Origin: Octopus sinensis
Lineage: Eukaryota
Reading direction: 5' to 3'
Assembly (NCBI RefSeq): GCF_006345805.1
Contig: NC_042998.1
Location: 43,710,001-43,774,000 of the forward strand
DNA: 64,000 nucleotides
Shown here piece by piece: positions 1 through 12,545 of this stretch. The notes beneath the pieces are model-generated. The model made no database searches. It saw only the letters and a program-made list of their open reading frames with translations, and was not told the DNA's origin. Position numbers and translations under genes: made by a program. Within the stretch, counting starts at the first letter, position 1; the number at the start of each line of letters is the position of its first letter.

Positions 1-269
1 AATCTAATGTATTGGTTATAAGTATAAATATTTGACGTTATAAGAGGCCGCTATATAAGACACAAAACTACTTATCCAGTTCAAAAATTACGATATTTCC
101 TTATATTACAGTAATTGAATGGCCTTCGTATTTGTATATCCTGTTATCATCATAAGCCTATTTTAGTATTCACTATTTAATTTCCCCGACAATAGCTGAT
201 ATTAAACTCATTTTACATTGATTTCTCGTAGAACTTATAAAGTAACATATAGACACAATGAAAGGAAAA

Positions 270-485
270 CTAGAAGTGATAAGGGGTAGTGGGTTGGCAA
301 TATCAGTTTGGAAAAGAACAAAATGTTTTAAGATATTCAATTACGTCTCTGAGTTCAGATCTCATCGTTGTCGATGTCACCGTTCACGCTTTCAGAATTG
401 GAAAAATAAAAGCTATGGGACATTGATTTGATCGATTAAATTCTTCCATAAAACTTTTGGCCTGGTGCCTCTGTCAAAAATCAAT
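270..485 (+). mobile_element. Highly eroded SINE family A copy
   Basis: Weak match to family A segments (gagttcagat..gtcgatgtcacc..ttcacgctttc, tail ggcctggtgcct) seen in better copies in this window. Confidence 0.35.
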
Positions 486-742
486 ATTCTATCAAACCAT
501 TAAAATAATATCAATGATTCGATATATCGATATATAGGCATGTGATTACATTCGTTATCGTATTTCACAAAAATATTGTTGCCAACCACAAATGCATGTT
601 ATGAACAAGGGTAAAAGAACAGTTACTAGTCAAACTAGTTCTCGTTCCCTTCCTTGCAAAGCACTACTGCTGATGGAGTTGATATTACTTCAAGAGAAGG
701 CATGCGAATTTGTTAACTGGCTGATAGTAATCTCTATGTAAT

Positions 743-941
743 AATGATTTCAAACTGTAGCACAAGGCCAGCAAGTTCGGGTGTGAGATAAGTCAGTCAC
801 ATCCTACCCAGTGTTTAATTGGTACTTACTTTATCGACACCGAAACGATGAAAACAAAGTCGACCTCAGCGGAATTTGAACTCAGAACATAGAGACGGAC
901 GAAATGCCGCTAAGGATTTTGCCAGGCTTGCTCACTGCCTT
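743..941 (-). mobile_element. SINE family A (Nin/Deu-domain-like), eroded
   Basis: Reverse complement of the family A head and core: ggtacttactttatcgacaccgaaacgatgaaaacaaagtcgacctcagcggaatttgaactcagaac. Confidence 0.6.
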
Positions 942-1750
942 AAACTTCTGTGTAATAATAAACTGATCAAACAATTAGCAGGACTGTGGAAATTCCGTGT
1001 TTTATAAACGTTCTTGTTTCTATTTTGATCCATAAAATTATAGGTCTTCATAATATTGGTTTATTAATTTTTACTGTTTAAAGCCTAACACCTGAAATTA
1101 TAACTATATTAAGTTTTATTATGTTACAGATTTCATCTGTCTCTTCTATTTTGTTCCAGAGTTAAGATTAATAAAAGCATAACATCCAGATAGCTAATAT
1201 GACCAGCAGAATAAAAATTATATGTTAAGAAAAAATAGTGGCATTATAAAGGAACATCTCTAGATCCGGCTATCTTCAGATGTCACAGGTTCGTTGCACA
1301 CCCGAAAATCAATCAACTACTGCATACTATCACCCTGTGCATTGAATGTTGGTTACAAAAGACCGTCTAATCGTTGGAATGCTCCGTTTTCATAAGATAC
1401 CAATGAAAGATTTACTCCAATATGATCACATAAAAATTGAGACCACAAGTGATGATTTGGTAGTAATAAATAATGGATGTCATACATGCTTTCGACAATT
1501 CTTTGGGAATAGATTCATCGCAGTTCTGAGTGTGACTGCTTACTCGGCTTGCAACTCGTTCCGGTTCCTACTCTTGTAGATATCCGGCAAAGTTACAGGA
1601 CTCTTAGTACAGTGACCTATAACGCTGGCCGGCAGAGACTTGCTTGCAATTGCACTCAGTAAAAGTTCAGTCATACAGTTCTATATTTAAGAGATGAGGG
1701 ATTATGCACATTATTTACATTTGACGGTTGTCCTCATCTTGTTTGTTGTT

Positions 1751-1796
1751 AACACAACGTTTCGGCTGATATACATTCCAGCCTTCATCAGGTGTC
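1751..1796 (-). ncRNA. Minimal type I hammerhead ribozyme (PLE-type, palindromic helix III)
   Basis: GACAC-CUGAUGA-A-GGCUG(10-nt loop)CAGCC-GAA-ACGU-U-GUGUU: complete core, 5-bp helices I and II, predicted cleavage GUU between 1756 and 1755. Confidence 0.85.
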
Positions 1797-1913
1797 TTGG
1801 GGAAATGTCGAACCTGGGTTCTCATTCCTAAGGTATTTTTCGATGTTGTTGTTGTTGTTATTATTATTATTATTTCTTCTTCTTCTTCTTTCTTCTTCTT
1901 CTTCTTCTTCTTC

Positions 1914-1965
<52 letters not shown>

Positions 1966-1997
1966 AGTCACTGCCTGGAATCGATTCCAGACACTGA

Positions 1998-2042
<45 letters not shown>

Positions 2043-2100
2043 TAATAATAAGATCGAAAAATACCTTAGGAATGAGAACCTAGGTTCGAAATTTCCCCAA

Positions 2101-2146
2101 GACACCTAACGAAAGCTAGAGGGTATATCAGCCGAAACGTTGTGCT
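2101..2146 (+). ncRNA. Degenerate hammerhead copy in the right arm
   Basis: GACAC-CUAACGA-A-AGCUA..CAGCC-GAAACGUU-GUGCU: G5A in the core and helix II mismatches, probably inactive. Confidence 0.6.
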
Positions 2147-3376
2147 AACAACAAACAAGATGAGGACAAATATCCGTCAAATGTAAATAATGTAAAAGTT
2201 CAGTCGATTTTCAGATTACGCATGCTCCCGTTACCACACCATATTCATCGATTTCTACCGTATCATCATGATACTGACTTAGCTCTTCTGCTAAGCACGT
2301 CTAGTGTTCATGAGCCAGAACAGAAGTGACAGAAGACGTCGCCCTTGATGAATCGTGAATTTGCCTTAAAATGTTTCCGATAGGTAGCCACATATTCTGA
2401 CCAGCAAGCAGGTTCTGCTTTATAAAAAAGATCAACACTGATGAAAATGGAAACGAAATCGGCTGCAATAGGAAAAGCCGACCCTATAGAAAGCTTTGGA
2501 TTAACCCAAGTAACTCAGAGACCACGAAAGCCGGGTTTGTTACAAACCCTCTCTACAATCTAAATAAATGTATCCGCAATTACCCAGAAATTTTCATGCT
2601 GCCAATAACACTAAGGTCGATAAAAAAGAGCACGTTGGGTCAAAATCCTAGACTATGCGTTTAGTAGATTTAAGAACCGGGAACTATAATGATGCCAGTT
2701 TTGTTTACATGTTTTCTAATAGCACCACTTCTTCTCGGTTCAGACAACTAGGAATGTTTCTAGTCTACTAGCTGTTGCTATAGGCGTCTATCAAAAGTGA
2801 GGCACACAAGTCTAGCGCATATCTATAAATTTAATAGTATATCAATTGCCCCTGCCGGCGTTCCAACCTCTTGTACTTCATTTCTATTGCAGTAGTCCAT
2901 CTTGGCAGCCACAAAATTTAACCATCTCCGGTCCATCAATATTCGTAGAACGGTTGAGAAAAGTGCTTGAAATTAAAAATGCACCCATAGTGGACTGCTA
3001 AAACCTAATTGTGGATTTGTTGCTAATTGTTGGTTATATTATTATTGATATGATAATTGATAATATAACAATTATTGATATGCCATGTTCTACAGACCGG
3101 AACATATGAGTCAAGTAAATATAATAAAATAAAACAATCGAAACACGAGAAATTACTGATGAATGTAGTAGGAATGTAAAAGCTGTACCGATAATGGCAG
3201 ATTTAGAAGAAGAAAAAAAAAAGTGAGGTTAATAGACAACGAGTTCAGGCACAACTGTGATTAAGAATTTAGTTCATAGCTACGCAGTTTCAAGTTCGAT
3301 TTATTATAGCTTCAGATTAATAAAAAATTAATACAATTTAAAACTTTGTAGACAGAAACCATGTAAAAAAAATGTT

Positions 3377-3402
3377 CGTTCACACACACATACACACGCG
3401 CG

Positions 3403-3442
<40 letters not shown>

Positions 3443-3457
3443 TACATACGCACGCGC
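3377..3457. repeat. (CA)n microsatellite
   Basis: Direct reading. Confidence 0.95.
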
Positions 3458-5235
3458 ACGAACTCGTTTAAGAAGCGAATTGGCAAAATCATTATAGAAT
3501 CGATTAGATTGGTTTGTGCAATAATCGTTCCCGCACTCTTCGCACTGAATTCTAATCCCTCGGATGTCAAATATACCAGTCACCTATTAGTGGTCGATAA
3601 ATACAACACTAATCCTGTATTGAGATCGATTCTTCTCTCTTAGTCTTTCTTTCGTCTTTTTATCTATCTTTCTCTCTCTCTTGGAGAAAACTGACTGTGG
3701 TCAGATCTGGATAGATATGGTTACCACCAAGTTTAAAAGCGCATAAGACACCGTATCTCAAGAGAGAGAGAGAGAAAGAGGGTATGGGTAGAAATTTACG
3801 GAATATCAGAAAGAACTTCATGAACTATATCGAATAAACACGAACGTAGAACACTAGCTCCATTTGAGAAACGTTCGAAGACCACATCAGAGACGACTTG
3901 GTGGGCTCAGAAGAGTGTCTAATGTTGGAGAAATGTTGAAATTTTGTTCATGTTGTGAAAGTTTGAGATTAAGAAACAGGTTTCTAATTCTGGTTTCATC
4001 GGTAAATTGTGACTTCGTTCTCTTTGATGTCCATGATGAAGAAGCTGATAATTTCAGGAAAAATATCCAAAATATTTTTGTACTAACTTCATTTAGTTCT
4101 AAAATATAAATTCATGAAGTTAAGATTTCTTAGTGTTCTAGGAGTGAAGGCCGCATAAATATATATCCCCTTTTTGCGAGTCCCCAAACCCTCGGATATT
4201 GGAGTTTTACAGTCAAATAATTCATGAAAACAATGAAGAAAGGCTGTAATGAAAGCTTTGTGTACAGTGGAGTTTTGAATTAAATATTATATATGGCGAG
4301 CTCCTGTGCTAAACACAATAGTCTTCAAATGTCTGCTGAGTAATACTTAATATTTATTTTATTGTTTTTAACGCTACAAGTCATTTCAATTTTAGATTTT
4401 TAACAGCTTCAGTGGTTTAATTCATTATCGCAAAAAAATATGTGACCTAATGAAATCATGTTATGAAAATATGTAAATTTATGCATCAGAATAAAATTAA
4501 GCAATTTTATAAACTGTGGAATTTATACAGGACCCACTAGTGTATAGCGATGTATGTGTAAAGTAAATGCACATCAATAAGCAGACGCCGCTAACATTTT
4601 TCGTCTGGTGTATCTATACTATACGTTGGTGCGCGTACACGCATTTGTGTGCGTGTGTGTGTGAGAGTATGTCGAAGATTAACACATAATCGATTGAAAC
4701 TGATAATTATTTCTGATCACTCATGTTTTGGAGAGAAATGTTACCTTGAGGTTGTTGACATTGTTGCTGCTTGTAGTTTATTTCAAATGTTTTAAACACT
4801 CCCAAGAAGTGCCGAATGAACGGTATTCATTCATGTACTGACGCTCATGTAATAGAGAAACATCGAGAGAGAAAAGATCAACAACCTACTTTTCACTGAT
4901 TCTCTATGACGACAAGCGGAAATATTGACACAATAACAGCAGCTTGTTTTAAGCTTGTGGATCGGCACATAGATTGTTGTAATGGTGAGGATGCTGATAA
5001 GTATTGCTGTATACTGACTTTGCTACTGCGTATAGTAGGGGTTTAAAACGAAGTAAGTGATTACGAAATGTATTCGCTGGTATTAAACAACTAAGGTATG
5101 ATAAAGACATCAACAAACAAGAAGGGTTTGTTGACAGTTTAACGTTGAATGTAAACAACCCATTAGTGTAAACAATCTATTTAATATGGTTTTGCCTGCT
5201 GCTCAAGGCTATGAGGTATACCATTTACCGTTTAG

Positions 5236-5665
5236 TTTTTACTTATCTTAGTCATTAGACTCCAGCAATGCTGGAGCAACGCCTTGAAGGCCTTTAGTCG
5301 AATAAATCGACTACTGTACTAACTTGCTTTAAAACTTGATACTTATTCTGTTTGGTTTCTTCTGCCGAATCGCTCAGTTACAGGGATATAAACAAACCAA
5401 TACCGGTTGTCAAACGTGGGGAAATCAACACACACAGAGACACAAATACACACAGAATTATACATATACGCGTGTGTGTGTGTTTGTAGCGTGTGTGTGT
5501 GTGTGTGTTGTGTGTGTATAAAAATACGGCGGACTTCCACTCAGTTTCCGTCTAGTAAATTCACTTACAATGCACTGGTCTGTCCGGGGTTATACTAGAA
5601 GGCACTTGCCTAAGCTGCCACACAGTGGGACTGCACCAGAAACGACGTCGTTATAAAGCGAGCTT
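5236..5665 (-). mobile_element. SINE family B (tRNA-like head, central microsatellite)
   Basis: Reverse complement of both halves (gtcattagactccagcaatgctggagcaacgcc; ggcacttgcctaagctgccacacagtgggact) around a (GT)n tract. Confidence 0.75.
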
Positions 5666-6509
5666 TTTAATCATTCGTCGTAATGTAAAAAGGTACCGTG
5701 AAGGACACGCCAAAGTTACAGGGGAAAAAATGCATTAATATTTAACCATACAGTTCATATTTAGTTGCTGGAATTGGGAATTTTCATTTCTCACGTAAAG
5801 CCCAACGCACATACATCTGAATAGTTAATCCGAGTGCATTATTGAAATATCAATTGGATGAAATTTACTTGGTGGGTGTAATTTGTATCACATACTTAAA
5901 AGAACTCAGTTACAAAGTTTAATCATCTTAGTGGGTTTTAAAATGTTATCTTTTCTCCGCGATGTATGAAAGTTGAGAAAGTGGGAGTAAGGTAGAGATA
6001 AAAATATTTATATGAATCTTTTCTTTAAAAACAAATATGAAAGTAACCTTTTAAAATAGATATCCGAGCTATGATAGGTGATCTGAATAATGCTCTTCCT
6101 GTTTATATAACTTTTGTCAGTGTTGAGAAGTACTGAAAAAGAACAAGCCGTTGATTTGATCTCTAGCAAAGCATAATCTGTGAGGATTCCTCGATAAAAT
6201 AGTTTAGATAAGCTAAACACGTGGTGGAGTTTCATGAGACTAAATGTCTTCAACAAACAATACACTTCGGGAAAACAGTGTAATATTTTTATGTTTTCCT
6301 TTACAATGTGTTTACAAAACATTTTGTGAATGTTGAAAACTGACTTATAAACATCACTGCTAAGAGTGTAAGAGTGGTTTACCGAACCTGCTCACACTCT
6401 CACAAATACGTCTACACATAGACACGCACCACGTACGCACACAGATGCACAAAAAACCCTCTCTCACACACATGTACGCGCCCATAAACACCATCGCACG
6501 CGCACACAC

Positions 6510-6772
6510 ACGGTCATGAATGACCATGGAATTGTACTTAGAAAGTTTCCCTCCGAGGCACAAGTCCGGGCAAGGTTGTTTATAGAAGACCAGCAGTCAC
6601 CCATGCATACCAGCTACCCTTCTCCTCGCCACTGATGTTATCCATGGGAAAGGCAAAAGCCGATAAAGCTTGGCACCATTGACGTCGCATCTCATTTCTA
6701 CAACTGAGTGAAATGGAACATGAAATAAAGTGTCTTGCTCAAGAGCACAACACACAACCCGATTATACAGAC
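6510..6772 (-). mobile_element. SINE family C, head truncated
   Basis: ggtcatgaatgaccatgg..gcacaagtccgggcaagg..gtcttgctcaagagcacaac matches the copies at 28010 and 50848. Confidence 0.8.
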
Positions 6773-6864
6773 ACACAAATACAACACATATACATTCAGG
6801 TGTATGTATGCTTCTGTACATTTGTCTGTGCGAGCGTGTATATATGCGTGTGTGTATGTATGTA

Positions 6865-6896
<32 letters not shown>

Positions 6897-7228
6897 AAGT
6901 AAATAAATGTAGTTGAACATTAACCCGGAGTTTCTACCTTTGAATAGGTCGCTACATCCTTGTTACTTGCATGAATTTTGCTACCCTGGTAACTGTTTAT
7001 TGAATTTTCCATTTTAACGGCAAGCAAAGGATAATTCATTCATCCATATGCATATATATATATATATATATATATATAACAATATAAGAGAGTGGTCAAT
7101 ATATTGCTCACTCTAGCACCAGTTAATCCAAAAGGTTTCACCACGAAGATACATGTTTCCCATGAAAGCAGTACGACTGTTAGCTCACACGGACAGGGCA
7201 AGTAAAAATAACAAAAATACAGATTATT

Positions 7229-7305
7229 TTGGGACAATGTTTTCGCTATTAATGAATTAAATGTATATTACTTACAAAAAAATCCATTTGTAGCTCGTCA
7301 GCCAA
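7229..7305 (-). ncRNA. Type I hammerhead ribozyme, unit 1
   Basis: UUGG-CUGACGA-GCUA(42 nt)UAGC-GAAA-ACAUUGU-C-CCAA: canonical core, G10.1-C11.1 pair, helix I UUGG/CCAA, GUC site between 7233 and 7232; one extra A ahead of helix III. Confidence 0.75.
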
Positions 7306-7752
7306 GACTATCTGGATGAAATCCACTCAATCACACGCCAGATTTTCCATAACGATAAATACGCGTGCGTTCAATTGATTACATCCGACGTTATAATTCA
7401 AATGCCCAACCAACAGCGCGCCAAACTTTCACGAAAACAAATACAGCATTTAGAAATAAATGCGCATAATTATAATTAATTAATAAGGGTGAGAGAATTA
7501 GATACTAATTTAATAGTATATTAATTCAACACCAAGTGGCCTAGTGCTACGAAAACCTGGATTATTATAATATTTTATAACATATTACAATACTTTTACA
7601 AACAAATATAAGAGAGTGGTCAATATATTGCTCACTCTAGCACCAGTTAATCCAAAAGTTTCAACCACGAAGATACATGTTTCCCATGAAAGCCAGTACG
7701 ACTGTTAGCTCACACGACAGGGCAAGTAAAAAATAACAAAAATACAGATTAT

Positions 7753-7829
7753 TTTGGACAATTGTTTCGCTATTAATGAATTAAATGTAATATACTTACA
7801 AAAAAATCCATTTGTAGCTCGTCATCCAA
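7753..7829 (-). ncRNA. Type I hammerhead ribozyme, unit 2
   Basis: UUGG-AUGACGA-GCUA..UAGC-GAA-ACAAUUGU-C-CAAA: perfect palindromic helix III and GUC site between 7757 and 7756, but C3 reads A and helix I lacks one C. Confidence 0.7.
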
Positions 7830-10800
7830 GACTATCTGGATGAAATCCACTCAATCACACGCCAGATTTTACCATAACGATAAATACGCGTGCGGTTCAA
7901 TTGATTACATCCGACGTTATAATTCAAATGCCAACCAACAGCGCGCCAAACTTTCATCACGGAAAACAAATACAGCATTTAGAAATAAATGCAGCATAAT
8001 TATAATTAAAATAAGGGTGAGAGAATTAGATACTAATTTAATAGTATATTATTCAACACCAAGTGGCCTAGTGCTACGAGAAACCTGGATTATTATAATA
8101 TTTTATAACATATTACAATACTTTTATATAATATCTATATATATATATATATATATTTATATTATATAATATAATATGCATATATATATATAAGTGTGTG
8201 TGTATCTCTCTCTCTCTCTATATATATATATAATATATTGTATATAACATGTAGTTCAATTCTTCGATCTCTGTATATACGCATACAAATGTGTACATGG
8301 GATTATGTACAATACTGTGTCTGCATATGATTACAAGAGTTTCTGGTGGAAAGTAGGAATTATAATATCGCATCGGGACCATTTTATATTTATCTTAACA
8401 GTATATTGGCCAACCACACTTCAGGTGATGTTATATTTGACAAGAATTTCTCGCAAGTCCATAGTTAACAACGCTTAAATGCATGTTGTATTAGACCGAA
8501 AACCGTCTGATTTTCTCCTATTTATGTTTCTTGTATATTTACCAATATCCATATGTTCAAATACTAACATCCTTTAACTTTAAGATTGAAATGCTTATTC
8601 TTTATTATTTACATTTTAATAAGTAACCTTCCGGTGTTAACAGCTTGGGAAGGAGAGGTGGATGAATGCTGATGAATTATTAAATACTAACAAAACCTGT
8701 TACTTCAATACTTAACCCGATCTTCTGAAACCGCATGGTGAACTTAATTTTAGAACGACTAAATATATAACAGTTGGATTACATATAGTATAATTTAATA
8801 CGGTAGGAAATGTTTTACAAATTGAACACCCACAGAGTCTAAATATTAACTCTAAAATTGGTATTTACTTCTTGACTGGAAGAAAATTAACTGTCCCCGC
8901 ATAGCGAAGACGAAATGACTAAAGTAGATAAGTTATTGAAATTTGAGTTAAATTTCGCTGAAGTGGTTTTATTTTGTCTCTCGGTGGGATAATTAATTTT
9001 CTGTGCGTGATTCTACTCAGCAGTGGAGAATAGGAACGCTATCTTCTAGTAATATTACGTATGATAGGTTGGCCTCCTATCTAAATCATTGCTTGAATTT
9101 ATCGTCTCGTTTACAAGTTATCAGTTCTCTACTACAACGGATTAAGACTTTTGGCATGAGAAATCAAATGCTGGTTGATTTCGTTTTGGAGTGCATGTGT
9201 GTTCTATCTCCTCATTTTCATATTCTGACTAAGATGGAGGAGAACTGCACTGAAAATGAATAAGGAAATTATAAACCAAGAAAGAAAAACAGAAATGTTT
9301 TTTTCTTTCTCTTTAAGCTACTCTAGGTTTACATCATTGAACTGAAATATTCCAATAAGAGAACAAAGACTGTAGATAAATGTAAAGTAGGTGGCAAGTT
9401 GGCCAAATGCCATTTATCGAATGAAATCCTATATAAAGTATAATCATATGGTAAAAGAAAATCATAACTTCAGATAAGTGTTCTTAAGGTTCTAGCGAAG
9501 TCTAACTAAAAATCACTGAAATGATCAATATCGCTAATGTTACAAAAGAAGCTAAAATGGTAATGTTTAATGTAGAAAACACATGATTGTCCTCTTGTAT
9601 CGAACACAATAGTTTTGTCAAAAGTGCAAGCAAATTACAAAATCATTATTAATATTTGTGATGGTGATTGAATTAGTTGTAGATTATGGTAGTTTTGTAG
9701 TTGGTAGACATAGTTTGTGCTGCAGTGATGAATAACTGCATTAGATATTGTGGTTATGTAGGTTACTTAAGGCGTAAGGAATGTAATGTTTATGCTAAAG
9801 ATTATAATCCAATAATGGTTTTAAATATAGTATTAAGTTGATCATTATAGGGTCATAGTTTTAGTTGTGGTCATGAAAAAGAAAAATGTTGTGTCATAAA
9901 TGGTGGTGATTATTGGTCATAATCCCTTTGTAAGGTAATGCAGACAAATCAGCTTTAAAACATTAAGAGCTGTTGAAAGGCTTATAGACAGGAGTATGCG
10001 AAGTTGATCAAATCCTGCTCGGCTAGGGTTTGGTCTTTCACTACACCATATTCGAAAAAATAATATAGTTATTGCGGTTGCTCATCCTATGGAAAACACT
10101 GATGGTGCGTCACCACAACCAAAAGCATTCCAACAATGGCTATCCAGGTTATTTCTTAAAAACAAGTACATGTAGCCTCTTTTATTACTGGTTCATTCAC
10201 CACTGATCCGGAAATAACAATTCGTTCGAATGTGAACCATGTTATGCTTATGATGGATTGATCTGTGATAACTTATCAGCTATCAGTCGAAGACACTGCT
10301 TTTATTGCTAAAATGTGCCGCAGTGACCACCCACTATGATCAACTACACAGAATGCATTGATTATCGCTGGTGCTTACATTAATGTGTTGCGAGACTGCG
10401 TACTTTTTATATAGATTTACGTACTTGAACCCTGTGAACAGAAAACAAATAAATCAAAGGTGCCCGATACGAACAAACAATGCAGGGAAGAGTATTTTCT
10501 AGTAGGCAAAGATGGTTAAATGACGATAAATGCTTCACTACTGCGGGCTGCGATATGTATGTCAATGAATCTACAGTTCGTTTCATTTACAAGTGTGTGG
10601 TGAGGATTCATTTATCACTGAGGCTTCCTTTATCACTGAAAGACCCCCCCTTCCCCACGCTTGCCCCCCAAAAGATTGATAAGTGTTTCCTGAGTGTTTT
10701 GTTTTATGAAACCTTCTTAATAACCGATGCTATTTGTGCTACATTGTTCAAGATTCCAACATACAATCTAAATTGAAATGAGATTGCCCATGGTTTGAAA

Positions 10801-10968
10801 GCTCAGCCAACTGACTAAGGCACACAACAATATCTAAACGCACATAAAAGTATTCATATTAAGTATTGTATAGTTTAAGTAATGCAATGTATATATGTAA
10901 GCGTTTCCTTTCATTAATGTAATCGTGTAAATTCAGTCGTATATCTGTTTATCTAGCTATCTATCTTA

Positions 10969-11117
10969 TGTGGTAAGTAGCTTGCTTACCAATCACATGT
11001 TTCCGGGTTCAGTCCCACTGCGTGGCACTTTAGGCAAGTATCTTCTACTATAGCTTCGGGCCGACCAAAGCCTTGTGAGTGGATTTGGTAGAGTGAAACT
11101 GAAAGAAGCACGTCATG

Positions 11118-11151
<34 letters not shown>

Positions 11152-11395
11152 ATATATATTATATATATATATATCTGTGTGTGTGTGTTTGTGTGTCTGT
11201 GTCCCCCCTAACATCACTTGACAACCGGTGGTGGTATGTTTCCGTTCCCGTCACTTAGCGGTTCGACAAGAATGTCCTATAGAATAAGTACTAGGCTCAC
11301 AAAGAATAAGTCCTGGGGTCGATTTGCTCGATTAAAGGCGGTGCTCCAGCATGGCCGCAGCCAAACGATTGAAGCAAATAAAAGAATAAAAGAAT
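10969..11395 (+). mobile_element. SINE family B, near full length
   Basis: tgtggtaagtagcttgcttacc..ggttcagtcccactgcgtggcac..(AT)n(GT)n..ggtgctccagcatggccgcag..aaagaataaaagaat; A- and B-box-like motifs in the head. Confidence 0.9.
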
Positions 11396-12129
11396 GCGCG
11401 CATTCTTTTATACCGTACAACAGCACATACAGGTCCTTATCATTGTGAGGAAATATTTCCGCTACTTTCATTATTATATCTATCATAAAAATACATTCAT
11501 TTCCAAGAGATATTTTGTGCGAGTCAGGCAGTTTCTGTGCATATAAAGATTTTCTGTGGATGTGTGTGTGTGTATATATATATGTATATATATATAATAT
11601 ATATGTGTGTGTGTGTGTGGTGTGTGTGTGTGTGTGTGTGTGTGAATATGTATGTACATACACACACAAGCACGCGCACACATATGCATCCGCGCAGTTT
11701 CTCTCGATTTCATTGATAGAAGCCTATTGCATGCATACGTATGATAAGATACATGCATATATGAGTGTACATACACACTCAAAACGATACACACACACAT
11801 ACAGACATACAGGAATTAACATATGTGTAAACTATGAATGAATGCAGTGATTTTACAATTTGTAATCTCCATTTTCGTTGAATATATGATATAAAGCTTC
11901 ATGTATGAATTTATATAAATGCATACAACTTTTCCCACGTATAAAACACCATCCACACCTATATAAATAAATACACGTAAATATATCTAAACACGTATAC
12001 ATACGTACACATCGAAACACATATACACGCATATCCACGCACATACATACTGACATACACAAAGTCAGTATTTTTATCTAGCACATCTGAAAACTACCTA
12101 ATTGGATAAAAGCCAAGCTTGCATCTTTC

Positions 12130-12512
12130 ATGAGATATCTAGCAGTAAAATTTTCTGACCTCGCGTGGCTATAAGGAAAAGTAAAGTACAGGAGTAATGG
12201 CGCGAAAGTACTTTGCAAATCATAATAACCGTCATTGGAATTACATGAACAATATCCGTGTCAGTATATTTCAACGAGGAAAGATTTGCGAGGAAAATGT
12301 TTCTTGAATATATCATTTTTACTATCATAGTTATCGTTTGAGTTCTAATCCAAATTGTTTTTGTTTTTGGTTGCCTCATGAGAAGGCACATTCTTCTTCT
12401 TCTTCTTCTTCTTCTTCTTCTTCTTCTTCTTCTCATTCTTCTTCTCATTCTTCTTCTCATTCTTCTTTTCCTTCTCCTTCTTCTTCTTCTCCTCCTCCTC
12501 CTCCTTCTTCTT

Positions 12513-12545
<33 letters not shown>

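Larger units (their letters stand above)
1673..2191. mobile_element. Fold-back (palindromic) PLE-type mini-element with hammerhead motifs and 14-bp TSD
   Basis: Direct repeat gtaaaagttcagtc at 1659-1672 and 2192-2205. Arms 1708-1982 and 1983-2193 are inverted copies meeting at ctggaatc|gattccag. There is a 35-nt unpaired extension at 1673-1707, and each arm carries an (ATT)n/(AAT)n tract. Confidence 0.85.
1250..3000 (+). mobile_element. Possible ancient retroelement remnant hosting the fold-back insertion
   Basis: Higher-GC, non-simple sequence continuing across the 14-bp TSD. Peptide KDRLIVG in ORF 1346..1579 loosely resembles the Gypsy gag RDR(L/I)VxG motif. Frames are otherwise broken. 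Confidence 0.18.
7078..8126 (-). mobile_element. Head-to-tail dimer of a ~524-bp hammerhead-containing unit (retrozyme-like)
   Basis: Units 7078-7600 and 7601-8126 are near identical, differing almost only by homopolymer indels. (AT)n lies on both outer sides with none at the junction. Each unit has one HHR. Confidence 0.8.

Noticed and set aside
2101-2146. ADAR hyper-editing signature between the fold-back arms
   Set aside because: The changes are mostly G>A relative to the functional core, not A>G, and are mixed in type; ordinary decay suffices.
10017-10345. APE-like peptides NIVIAVAHP, LFITGSF and RSDHPL on the plus strand
   Set aside because: Motif spacing is about half the usual, there are multiple stops, and the similarity is too weak.
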